DNA from: Anaerolineales bacterium
GTDB lineage: Bacteria; Chloroflexota; Anaerolineae; Anaerolineales; JABWBV01
Direction of reading: 5' to 3'
DNA: 34,680 nucleotides
Assembly: GCA_027019845.1 (NCBI GenBank)
Contig: JALUWE010000391.1
Location: forward strand, 1-34,680
Below, piece after piece: positions 24,785 to 32,744 of the stretch (positions are counted from its first letter, which is position 1; every line of letters begins with the position of its first letter). Under the pieces are notes generated by a model, which made no database searches, was not told where the DNA came from, and saw only the letters and a list, made by a program, of their open reading frames with translations. The position numbers and the translations under genes are program-made.

Positions 24785-24840
24785 ACTGACCACTGACCAC
24801 TGAACACTGAACACTGAATACTGAACACTGAACACTGAAC
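24785..24840 (+). repeat. Heptanucleotide tandem repeat (ACTGAMC) x8 abutting a start codon
   Basis: ACTGACC ACTGACC ACTGAAC ACTGAAC ACTGAAT ACTGAAC ACTGAAC ACTGAAC, ending at 24840. The ATG of the next gene is at 24841. Confidence 0.9.
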
Positions 24841-25932
24841 ATGAAACCCCGCCTCCTCATCCCGCTCATCTTCCTCCTCGCCTGCACCCTGACCGGCAGC
24901 CCCCGGGCCTCCCCTGGCATTGACGCCACCATCCCCCCGGCCACTCCCCGCCCCTCACCCGCACCCTCCCGCGCCACCACCCAATCCGGCCCCACCATCG
25001 TTGGCTGCCCCGCCTTCCCCGCCGACAACATCTGGAACACCCCCATCGACACCCTGCCGGTACACCCCCGCTCCGACGACTACATCGCCAGCATCGGCCT
25101 GACCGACACCCTGCACCCCGATTTCGGCGCAGGCGACTGGCCCCCAGGGTCCGGCTCACCCATCGGCATCCCCTGGGTGGACGTCCCCGGCACACAACCC
25201 CGGGTCGCGATCAACTTCACCGACTACGGCGACGAGAGTGACCCCGGCCCCTACCCCATCCCCCCGGACGCGCCCATCGAAGGCGGCCCCAATTCCGACG
25301 GCGACCGCCACGTGCTGGTGCTCGACCGCGACAACTGCATCCTCTACGAGCTGTTTTACGCCTGGCCTAACCCGGACGGCAGTTGGGACGCCAGCTCCGG
25401 CGCGATCTTCGACCTGAACGTCAACGGGCCGCTGCGCCCCGCCGGATGGACTTCCGCGGACGCGGCCGGGCTACCCATTTTGCCCGGGCTGGTGCGCTAC
25501 GACGAAGTGGCCGCCGGCGCCATCAACCACGCCATCCGCTTCACCGCCCCCCAAACCCAGGACGCCTACGTCTGGCCAGCCCGCCACCAGGCCGGTCAAC
25601 CGGGCGAAAATTTGCCCCCCATGGGGCAGCGCTTCCGCCTGAAGGCCAGCTTCGACATCTCCGGCTTCTCCCCCGAAGTCCAGGTCATCCTGACCGCCAT
25701 GAAAACCTACGGCCTCATCCTGGCCGACAACGGCTCCCCGTGGTTCATCTCCGGCGAACCCAACGAGCAATGGGATAACGACGTGTTGAACGAACTGAAA
25801 ACCGTGCCCGGCTCAGCCTTTGAAGCCGTGGACGTCTCCTCGCTGATGGTCGATCCCAACTCCGGGCAGGCAGGCACCTCCAACTTCACGCCGACGGACT
25901 TTTTCTATTTGCCGGTACTTTTCTCTCAGTAA
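24841..25932 (+). CDS. Secreted lipoprotein, conserved-looking domain of unknown function
   Basis: Signal peptide with lipobox MKPRLLIPLIFLLAC, then a Pro/Ser/Thr-rich linker and an approx 300-aa globular region (DRHVLVLDRDNCILYEL, WTSADAAGLPILPG, WPARHQAG). I cannot name the family. Confidence 0.78.
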   Translation: MKPRLLIPLIFLLACTLTGSPRASPGIDATIPPATPRPSPAPSRATTQSGPTIVGCPAFPADNIWNTPIDTLPVHPRSDDYIASIGLTDTLHPDFGAGDWPPGSGSPIGIPWVDVPGTQPRVAINFTDYGDESDPGPYPIPPDAPIEGGPNSDGDRHVLVLDRDNCILYELFYAWPNPDGSWDASSGAIFDLNVNGPLRPAGWTSADAAGLPILPGLVRYDEVAAGAINHAIRFTAPQTQDAYVWPARHQAGQPGENLPPMGQRFRLKASFDISGFSPEVQVILTAMKTYGLILADNGSPWFISGEPNEQWDNDVLNELKTVPGSAFEAVDVSSLMVDPNSGQAGTSNFTPTDFFYLPVLFSQ

Positions 25933-26003
25933 TTTTCGCCCCCCATCCCCTGAAATCGGCACAGAAAGGGTACAATGAGGGGGAGAGTTCGAATTTTGCT
26001 CTC

Positions 26004-26035
26004 GAGTTTCGAGTTCGAGTTTCGAGTTTAAGTTT
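26004..26035 (+). repeat. Short-period tandem repeat (GAGTTTC/GAGTTC) x4-5
   Basis: GAGTTTC GAGTTC GAGTTTC GAGTTTA AGTTT, with a degenerate copy GAGTTCGAATTTT at 25985-25997. It lies between the lipoprotein stop and the fabF start. Confidence 0.85.
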
Positions 26036-26097
26036 GGATGTATCCTGGATCCGCCTCACAATTCCCCTCTCCCCATTCCATTCCCACTTCCCCCCAC

Positions 26098-27327
26098 ATG
26101 AACCAACGCGTTGTAATCACCGGCATAGGGATTGTCAGCCCGCTGGGTTGCGATGTGGAGAGCTTCTGGCAAACCCTGTTGGCGGGCGCGTCCGCGGTGC
26201 GCGCCCTGCCCGAGGCCGAGTTCCCCGGCCAGTCGGTGCGCATCGGCGCGCGGGTGTGGGAGTACGATCCGCGGCAGCATTTCGACCGCAAGGAGGCGCG
26301 GCGCATCAGCCGAAGCTCGCAGTTTGCCCTGCTGGCCGCGGCCCAGGCCATCGAAATGGCCGGGCTGGAAAGCGCGGCGGTCGATCCGGTGCAGATCGGC
26401 GTGATGATCGGCAGCTCGATTGGCGGTTTTGCGGCCAGCGATCCCCACTACCGCGATTTCTACCGCCACGGCAAAAAGAGCGCGCTGGTCATTCCCCTAT
26501 CGATGAACTACGGCCCCTCCGCGCACGTCTCGATCCGTCACGGGTTTCAAGGCCCCTTGATGACGGTCGACGCTGCCTGCGCCTCCGCGGCGCACTCCAT
26601 CGGCTACGCCTACCACCTGATCCGCGGCGGAGCGTTGCAGATCGCCGTCACCGGCGGCGCGGACAGCCCTTTTTCCCCCGCGGTGATGGAAGCCTGGCAC
26701 ACCATGCGCGCCCTGTCCACCCGCAACCAGGACCCGCCGCGCGCCTGCCGCCCCTTCAGCGCGGATAGAGACGGCATGGTGCTGGGCGAGGGGGCCGGCG
26801 TGCTGGTGTTGGAGTCGGAAGCCTCCGCGTTGCGCCGCGGCGTCCCCATCCTGGCCGAGATCGAGGGCTACGGCGCCAGCGCGGACAGCCACCACATCAC
26901 CCAGCCCAACCGTCAAGGCCCGGCCCTGGCCATGCGCCGCGCCCTGCTGGACGCAGGCCTGGCGCCCGAACAGATCGATTACATCAACGCCCACGCCACC
27001 GCCACCCCGCAAAACGACGGCAACGAGACCGCGGCCATCAAAACCGTGTTTGGCGAGCACGCCTACCGTATCCCCGTCGTGGGCAACAAGGCCGCGTTTG
27101 GACACTCCATCGCAGCCAGCGGCGCGCTGGAACTGATCGGCTGCGCGCTGGCCCTGCGCGACCAGAGCGTGCCCCCCACTATCAACCGCATCACTCCAGA
27201 CCCCGAATGCGATCTGGATTACGTCAGCGAGGGCAGCCGCCGCGCACAACTGACCCATGTGATGAGCAACTCTTTTGCTTTCGGAGGCAGCAATGCCGCC
27301 CTGATAATCGGAAAATACAAGGTATAA
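26098..27327 (+). CDS. fabF: Beta-ketoacyl-ACP synthase II-like condensing enzyme
   Basis: MNQRVVITGIGIVSPLG N-terminus, active-site Cys DAACASAAHS, His blocks SHHITQP and NAHATAT, GHSIAASGALE, C-terminal FAFGGSNA. Start taken at the ATG at 26098, since the 20-codon extension from 26038 is atypical. There are no other fab/acp genes in the window. Confidence 0.9.
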   Translation: MNQRVVITGIGIVSPLGCDVESFWQTLLAGASAVRALPEAEFPGQSVRIGARVWEYDPRQHFDRKEARRISRSSQFALLAAAQAIEMAGLESAAVDPVQIGVMIGSSIGGFAASDPHYRDFYRHGKKSALVIPLSMNYGPSAHVSIRHGFQGPLMTVDAACASAAHSIGYAYHLIRGGALQIAVTGGADSPFSPAVMEAWHTMRALSTRNQDPPRACRPFSADRDGMVLGEGAGVLVLESEASALRRGVPILAEIEGYGASADSHHITQPNRQGPALAMRRALLDAGLAPEQIDYINAHATATPQNDGNETAAIKTVFGEHAYRIPVVGNKAAFGHSIAASGALELIGCALALRDQSVPPTINRITPDPECDLDYVSEGSRRAQLTHVMSNSFAFGGSNAALIIGKYKV

Positions 27328-27340
27328 TCCGTTCAATAAC

Positions 27341-27524
27341 AGGACTTACGCACTTGAAAAGTCGCACCCAGACCTCACAGGTCTCAAAGCGCATGGAGAT
27401 GCCCGGATGCAATCTATTTTGGGTAAAATCCTCCAGTAGACCTGTGAGGTCTCACCCAGACCTCACAGGTCTCAAAGCGCATCGTGTGGCAGTAGACCTG
27501 TGAGGTCTCAACTGCGTAAGTACT
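27341..27524 (+). mobile_element. MITE-like repeat, copy C (with internal partial duplication)
   Basis: AGGACTTACGCA ... TGCGTAAGTACT terminal inverted repeats (one mismatch). The segment CCCAGACCTCACAGGTCTCAAAGCGCAT occurs twice (27367-27394 and 27455-27482). It starts 14 nt after the fabF stop and ends 28 nt before the ABC gene start. Confidence 0.78.
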
Positions 27525-27552
27525 GTTAATCACTTAACCGGGAGGAGCCCCA

Positions 27553-30500
27553 GTGTCCAAACGCGCCACACTCATCATCCATGAAGGTCCCTCGCCCGGG
27601 ACCGAACTCGTACTCTCAGGGGACAAAATCATCATCGGGCGAGAACCGCCTGCCGACATCCTGTTACCCGCCCAGGGAGTTTCCCGCAAACACGCGCAGA
27701 TCATCGAACACAATGGCCGCCACCTGATCCAGGATTTGGGCAGCACCAACGGCACGTTCCTGAACGGGCAGCGGCTGAACGCGGCCACCGCGCTGAAAAC
27801 GGGCGACAAGATCGGGTTAGGCCGCTCGGTGTTGTTGGAATATCGTGGCGCGAAGGGGGTGTTGGAGCCAAAACCCGCCCCACCGGAAACCGCCGCGGCC
27901 AGGCCGGCCGCGCCCCCCGCCGCAGTAGCCGGCCCCCAACCGCCGGATTCCATTCCGGCCGGCGCGCAAACCGTTCTGGGGGAAATGGCGTCCCCGGAGG
28001 ACGCGCCCCCGCCCCAATTGGTGGTCACCGTGGCCGGGTCCGCGCCCCGAACCTACACCCTGACCGCAGCCCAATACACCATCGGTCGCCTGGAGAATAA
28101 CGACATCGTTGTCGAGTCGAAGATCGTCTCCCGGCAGCACGCCCGCCTGGAACGCACCCCCGACGGCGGGTACCGGCTGGTGGTGCTGCCGACCGTCAGC
28201 AACCCGGTTTGGCTGGATGGGCGTCCGGTGAGCGCGTCCGTGCGCCTGCGCCACAACACCCGCCTGCGCATCGGCAGCGTAGACCCCGGCACTATGGTCA
28301 CCATGACCTACCTCTCGCCCGCCGAAGCGATGGCCGAGGAAGTCAAGATCGAGTTTGGCGACAAAACCATCATCCAGATCGGCCGCGATCCGGGCAACGA
28401 CGTGGTGCTCAACGTGCCGCAGGTGTCGCGTTATCACGCCCAGATCGAGCGCGTCGGCAAACGCTTCCGGGTGCGCGACTTGCGCAGCACCAACGGCACC
28501 TTCGTCAACGACCAGCCCATCGCGGGCGAGGTGTGGCTCAAAGAGGGCGATACCATCCGCATCGGCGCGTACCGCTTCGAGGTGGGGGCGGACAGCCTGG
28601 AGCAGTTCGACGAGAGCAGCGGGCTGCGCGTCGAGGCCATCGGCCTGAACAAATGGGTGCGCAAAGACTTGAACATCTTGAAAGACATCTCCGTCGTGTT
28701 CCAGCCGCGCGAGTTCATCGTGGTGGTCGGGCAGAGCGGCGGCGGTAAATCCACGCTGGTGGACGCCATCGCCGGCTACCGGCCTGCCACCCATGGCCGG
28801 GTGCTGGTCAACGGCCTGGATGTCTACAAAAACTTCGACGCCATCCGCAACAACATCGGCTTCGTGCCCCAAAAAGACATCATCCACACCGAACTGACCC
28901 CCTACCAGGCGCTGGACTACGCGGCCCGGCTGCGCATGCCTCCCGACACCAGCAAACAAGAGCGCCACCAGCGCGTCATGGAAGTGCTCAACGATCTGGA
29001 CATCGCCCACCGCAAGGACACCCAGATCAGCGGTCTGAGCGGCGGGCAGCTCAAACGTGTCTCCATCGGCGTGGAGCTGCTCACCAAGCCGGGGTTGTTC
29101 TTCCTGGACGAGCCGACCTCCGGGCTGGACCCCGGCACCGAAACCGCCCTGATGCAGCTCATGCGCCGCATGGCCGACGCCGGGCGCACCATCGTGCTGA
29201 TCACCCACGCCACCAAAAACGTGATGCTGGCCGACAAAGTGATCTTCCTGGCGCGCGGCGGCTATCTGGTCTGGTTTGGCCCGCCCGACGAGGCCCTGGC
29301 CTACTTCGACCAGTACCGCTCGCAGCGCGACCGCCGCGCCCGCAGCATGGAGTTCGACGAAATTTACGCCATTCTGGAAGACACCAGCAAAGGCACGCCC
29401 GAAGAGTGGGCCGAACGCTACAAAAAACACCCGGCCTACCGGAAATACATCGCCTCCGAGCTGGCCGAAACCACCCGCCCGGCCAAACGCACCCCCGCCA
29501 GGGAGGCCGTGGCAAAGCCCGCGGCCAAACCGGCGCGCAAGGTGTCCGCGCTGCGCCAATTCCTGATCCTGTCCGCCCGTAACCTGAAAATCCTGACGCG
29601 CGACCGCTTCAGCCTGTTCCTGATGCTGGCCGCCTCCCCAATAGTCGCCATGCTGGATTTCGTGCTCTCCAACGTGCTGGGCCGCAATCCCTACGCCTTC
29701 CAAAACGGCAAAATGGCCGACGTGCTGATCACCCTGTTTTTGATGACCATCTACGGCGTGATGCTCGGCGGCCTGTCCCAGATGCGCGAAATCGTCAAAG
29801 AAGCCGACATCTACAAGCGCGAACGGCTGGTCAACCTGAAAATCATCCCCTACATCGGCTCGAAAGTCTGGGTAGCCGGGCTGCTGGCCCTGTACCAGAC
29901 CTTCTGGTACGTGCTGATCCGCTACCTGGCCTTCGACATGCCCGGCGGCACGCTGGAGGCCGTGCTGATCTACATCTCGCTGGCGCTGGCGACCATGGCC
30001 GGGATGATGCTGGGGCTGTTCGCCTCCGCGCTGGCGCCCAACTCCAACTCCGCGCCCCTGCTGGTCATCCTGCTGATGCTGCCGCAAATCGTGCTGGGCG
30101 GCGCGCTCATCCCGCTGCCCGAAGCGATCAGCGCGCCCACGTCCACACGCTGGGCCTTCCAGGCCCTGATGGCGATCACCGGCGCGGGGTCCGACGTGGC
30201 GCGGGATGCCTGTTGGCTGCTGCCCGAAGAGATTGTCGATCTGATGACCATCGAGGACAAAACGGCCAACTGCAACTGTATGGGCACCAACGCGCTCAAA
30301 GAAGAAAGCTGCAACTTCCCCGGTATGGGCGAATTCTACAATCCCGCGGTGGATCAGGAACGCCCGCCCGACCCGCCGCCCGAACCCACCCGGCCCCCGG
30401 ACCCGGTCATCCCCCCGCCCCCGCCCGAACCGGTCGACCAGTCCGACACCGTCGCGGTCGCCGAATATCTGGCCGCGCTGCAAGCGTACCAGACCATGGT

Positions 30501-30810
30501 CGAGCAAATTCAGGCCGAGACCGAGGCCGAATTCGCCCGCTTCGAGGCCGAGTTGGAAGTCTACAAAGCCGAAGTGGTGGCCGCGCAGGAGTCCATCATC
30601 ACCTGGCAGATCGCCCAGGCGTCCGCAGTGGAGCCTGCCGAGGGCGTTATCCGCCAGTTCTACAAAGACTACGGCTGGACATTTGTAGACAAAGAAGACA
30701 CAGCCGCCTACTACAGCACACTCTTCACCACCTGGGGGGCACAGGGCATCATCATGGGGATTCTCTTCATTGCCGTGCTGGTGCTTCAGAAACGAAAGGA
30801 TGTCAAATGA
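27553..30810 (+). CDS. Triple-FHA ABC transporter, fused ATPase + ABC-2/ABCG-type permease with a large extracytoplasmic loop
   Basis: GTG start 7 nt after GGAGG. FHA1 (GREP..SRKHAQI..GSTNGTFLNG). FHA2 is non-canonical (GRLE..SRQHARL..SNPVWLDG). FHA3 (GRDP..SRYHAQI..RSTNGTFVND). Walker A GQSGGGKST, signature LSGGQLKR, Walker B LFFLDEPTSGLD. Five TM helices, then an approx 200-aa insert (Cys cluster, PPxP tract, Ala/Glu helix), then a final TM. Confidence 0.92.
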   Translation: MSKRATLIIHEGPSPGTELVLSGDKIIIGREPPADILLPAQGVSRKHAQIIEHNGRHLIQDLGSTNGTFLNGQRLNAATALKTGDKIGLGRSVLLEYRGAKGVLEPKPAPPETAAARPAAPPAAVAGPQPPDSIPAGAQTVLGEMASPEDAPPPQLVVTVAGSAPRTYTLTAAQYTIGRLENNDIVVESKIVSRQHARLERTPDGGYRLVVLPTVSNPVWLDGRPVSASVRLRHNTRLRIGSVDPGTMVTMTYLSPAEAMAEEVKIEFGDKTIIQIGRDPGNDVVLNVPQVSRYHAQIERVGKRFRVRDLRSTNGTFVNDQPIAGEVWLKEGDTIRIGAYRFEVGADSLEQFDESSGLRVEAIGLNKWVRKDLNILKDISVVFQPREFIVVVGQSGGGKSTLVDAIAGYRPATHGRVLVNGLDVYKNFDAIRNNIGFVPQKDIIHTELTPYQALDYAARLRMPPDTSKQERHQRVMEVLNDLDIAHRKDTQISGLSGGQLKRVSIGVELLTKPGLFFLDEPTSGLDPGTETALMQLMRRMADAGRTIVLITHATKNVMLADKVIFLARGGYLVWFGPPDEALAYFDQYRSQRDRRARSMEFDEIYAILEDTSKGTPEEWAERYKKHPAYRKYIASELAETTRPAKRTPAREAVAKPAAKPARKVSALRQFLILSARNLKILTRDRFSLFLMLAASPIVAMLDFVLSNVLGRNPYAFQNGKMADVLITLFLMTIYGVMLGGLSQMREIVKEADIYKRERLVNLKIIPYIGSKVWVAGLLALYQTFWYVLIRYLAFDMPGGTLEAVLIYISLALATMAGMMLGLFASALAPNSNSAPLLVILLMLPQIVLGGALIPLPEAISAPTSTRWAFQALMAITGAGSDVARDACWLLPEEIVDLMTIEDKTANCNCMGTNALKEESCNFPGMGEFYNPAVDQERPPDPPPEPTRPPDPVIPPPPPEPVDQSDTVAVAEYLAALQAYQTMVEQIQAETEAEFARFEAELEVYKAEVVAAQESIITWQIAQASAVEPAEGVIRQFYKDYGWTFVDKEDTAAYYSTLFTTWGAQGIIMGILFIAVLVLQKRKDVK

Positions 30811-31874
30811 AGCCACACGCACCCCTCTCACAGCCCCCGCCAGTGACCCCTGCCCGCCCGCAAGGCTGGCGCGGGGCCTTGCCCCTGATCGCCCTGCTGT
30901 TCACTTCCCTGGCCTGTAGCCTGACGGGTGAAAGCGGTGTGGACAAACAAGCCACTGCCGACGCGCTCGCGGAAGCCATCGTCATCACTGCCACCGCCAG
31001 AGCCGGGGGCGCGTTCGACTCCGGTGCAAACGTCGCCACCGCGCAGGCCGTTGCCACCCAAAGCGCGCAACAACTGCAAGCTGCCCAGACCGCGCAGGCG
31101 CAAATCAGCGCGGAGGAGCTGCAAGGCACCATGACCGCGTTCGCGCCCATCCTGTCGGAACTGCCCAAATACGGCGTCGATCCCGACCGCGGCCGCCCGG
31201 GCTGGATTCACCCGCCCGTCACCATCCAGGCCGAGGGCTACCTGCAATACGATTACGCCAACCAGTTCATCGGCGTGGTGGCCGAGGACTTCGTGGTCTC
31301 CGCAGATGTCACCTGGAACACCCAATTCGGCTCCGCGGGCTGCGGTTTCGTGCTGCGCTCCGACGGCAACGAAGAGGCCTTCAACCAATACATCGTCACC
31401 ATGACGCGGGGCGGCTCTGGCCGGGTGATCTTCGCCACCATGGCCAACGGCGAGATCGTCAACGCCAAGGACATCTTCGCCTTTGGCCTCGATCCCGATT
31501 TCGAGTGGCAAAATGACACCACCAACCGCCTGACGGTGGTAGGCCGCGGCCCGATCATGCAAATCTACACCAACGACACCCTGATCAGCGAATTCGACGT
31601 CAACGACCCCCCGCAGCCGCCCTACATCCCCCCGCCGCCCCCCAACCCGGCAGACCCCAACGACCCGGTGCAGGTGGCCGCGTACGAGGCAGCCAAAGCA
31701 GAGTATGATAATATTGTCGGGCAAATTAACGCCCAATATCAAAGAAGCCTGGCCGAATTCGAGGCCACTGACGTGCAATTCGACAAAGGATTTATCGCCA
31801 TGGTCGCGCTCAACGAATCCGGCACCACCACCTGCCAGTTCAATAATGCCTGGCTGTGGTTGATTGAGGAATAA
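30807..31874 (+). CDS. Lipoprotein with C-terminal concanavalin/LamG-like (DUF1080-like) jelly-roll domain
   Basis: The ATG at 30807 overlaps the ABC stop (ATGA). Lipobox LFTSLAC. Ala/Gln-rich linker. The beta-rich domain FVVSADVTWN..GCGFVLRSDG..NRLTVVGRG..IQIYTND resembles the 3-keto-disaccharide-hydrolase/LamG fold (inference). The part of the track ORF upstream of 30807 is an out-of-frame overlap with the ABC gene. Confidence 0.78.
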   Translation: MKPHAPLSQPPPVTPARPQGWRGALPLIALLFTSLACSLTGESGVDKQATADALAEAIVITATARAGGAFDSGANVATAQAVATQSAQQLQAAQTAQAQISAEELQGTMTAFAPILSELPKYGVDPDRGRPGWIHPPVTIQAEGYLQYDYANQFIGVVAEDFVVSADVTWNTQFGSAGCGFVLRSDGNEEAFNQYIVTMTRGGSGRVIFATMANGEIVNAKDIFAFGLDPDFEWQNDTTNRLTVVGRGPIMQIYTNDTLISEFDVNDPPQPPYIPPPPPNPADPNDPVQVAAYEAAKAEYDNIVGQINAQYQRSLAEFEATDVQFDKGFIAMVALNESGTTTCQFNNAWLWLIEE

Positions 31875-31898
31875 GGATTTATCCGCTTTCGGAGAAGA

Positions 31899-32744
31899 AT
31901 GAGCGAAAAAGCAGAATTTGAAACCCAATTGAAAAGCTTGGCATCCAGCCTGCAAAAATTCGTCAGCACCGACGACGGGCAGTGGACGATCAAGGGTTTC
32001 ATCGATGTTTTTCAAAATGTTTATACGCTTTCTTCCGACACCAAAATCATCTCGAAGATTCTGGAAATCCATTTGTTCCCCCAGATTGTGGCGTTCGCAC
32101 GAGAGCAAGGCTATCGAATCGTATTGGCAGAACACCAAAATTACTACCCGGACATGTCGTTCATCCAATACGAAAACGAGGACATCAAGTTTGCGTTGGA
32201 TTTGAAAACAACTTACCGGCTTCCAGATAAACCTTACCTGTGCAATGGTTTCACGCTGGGTTCTCACGGAAAGTATTTTCAAGACAGAACCAGCACCAAA
32301 AACATTCAATTCCCTTACGGCTCTTATGCTGGACATTTCTGCCTGGGGATCATTTACAGCCGTGCTGGTAGAGCAACGATTGACGAGACAAAAACTTACA
32401 AGCTTGGTACACTTCAAGCAATCACCTCTGTGATCAAAGATTTCCAGTTCTTCGTAGCAGAAAAGTGGCGCATCGCCAGTGATAAAAGCGGCAGCGGCAA
32501 CACGGCCAACATTGGTAGCATCACCTACATCGAAGACATCATCCAGGGAAACGGCATGTTTTCCAAACTGGGAGAAGAGTGGTTCGACGATTATTGGATG
32601 AATTATCGTAAAATCACCATCCCTGACGGAAAAGGTGGTACCAAAAAGATTTCCAGTTTGAGAGAATTTGTGCAATATCGAAATGGCGATGTCTCTTTGA
32701 TCGTCCCGAAGCGAAGTCGCCCGCCTGAGAAGGAAAAAAAGTGA
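31899..32744 (+). CDS. EcoRV-family type II restriction endonuclease
   Basis: Colinear similarity to R.EcoRV as I remember it. [13 protein letters not shown] vs [22 protein letters not shown] vs QNHYPDFTL (Asp74). FALDLKTTY vs IAIDIKTTY (Asp90/Lys92). [21 protein letters not shown] vs DKWVIAGDLAGSGNTTNIGSI (recognition loop). DDYWMNY vs LDYWRNY. Confidence 0.88.
   Translation: MSEKAEFETQLKSLASSLQKFVSTDDGQWTIKGFIDVFQNVYTLSSDTKIISKILEIHLFPQIVAFAREQGYRIVLAEHQNYYPDMSFIQYENEDIKFALDLKTTYRLPDKPYLCNGFTLGSHGKYFQDRTSTKNIQFPYGSYAGHFCLGIIYSRAGRATIDETKTYKLGTLQAITSVIKDFQFFVAEKWRIASDKSGSGNTANIGSITYIEDIIQGNGMFSKLGEEWFDDYWMNYRKITIPDGKGGTKKISSLREFVQYRNGDVSLIVPKRSRPPEKEKK

Noticed and set aside
23386-24789. 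467-aa Arg/Pro-rich ORF on the plus strand
   Set aside because: It is an alternative frame of the amidase gene, with extreme R/P composition and no domain signal, while the amidase frame carries the amidase signature.
24661-24789. 42-codon ORF (MNTPPEHRGDGGRKTEDGCPPEHRDSLCNHHRLQTRCEPRSD) starting at TAATG on the amidase stop. It is Cys/His-containing with a duplicated PPEHR, and I briefly considered a small peptide or RiPP precursor.
   Set aside because: The peptide repeats simply mirror duplicated DNA segments (CCCCCGGAACAYAGAG and AGACTCGCTG), one of which recurs in a non-coding context at 15159-15175. There is no SD and no modifying-enzyme genes nearby. It is most likely non-coding repeat DNA, and only ribosome profiling could revive the idea.
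25982-25996. GAGAGTTCGAATTTT resembling a tRNA T-arm (GGTTCGAAT)
   Set aside because: No acceptor stem, anticodon arm or D-arm can be drawn around it. It is part of the GAGTT(T)C tandem repeat tract.
26038-26097. 20-codon extension of fabF (MYPGSASQFPSPHSIPTSPH)
   Set aside because: KAS II proteins start a few residues before the VVITGxG block, and the extension is low complexity.
30213-30806. Upstream 198 codons of the 553-aa ORF 30213..31874
   Set aside because: It is an out-of-frame overlap with the 3' end of the ABC gene and is R/G/P-rich junk. The real start is the ATG at 30807, which gives a signal peptide plus lipobox and an ATGA coupling.
27817-30831. 1004-aa ORF on the minus strand
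   Set aside because: It is antisense to the FHA-ABC transporter gene and has the same shadow-frame character, whereas the plus-strand frame has unambiguous Walker/FHA motifs.
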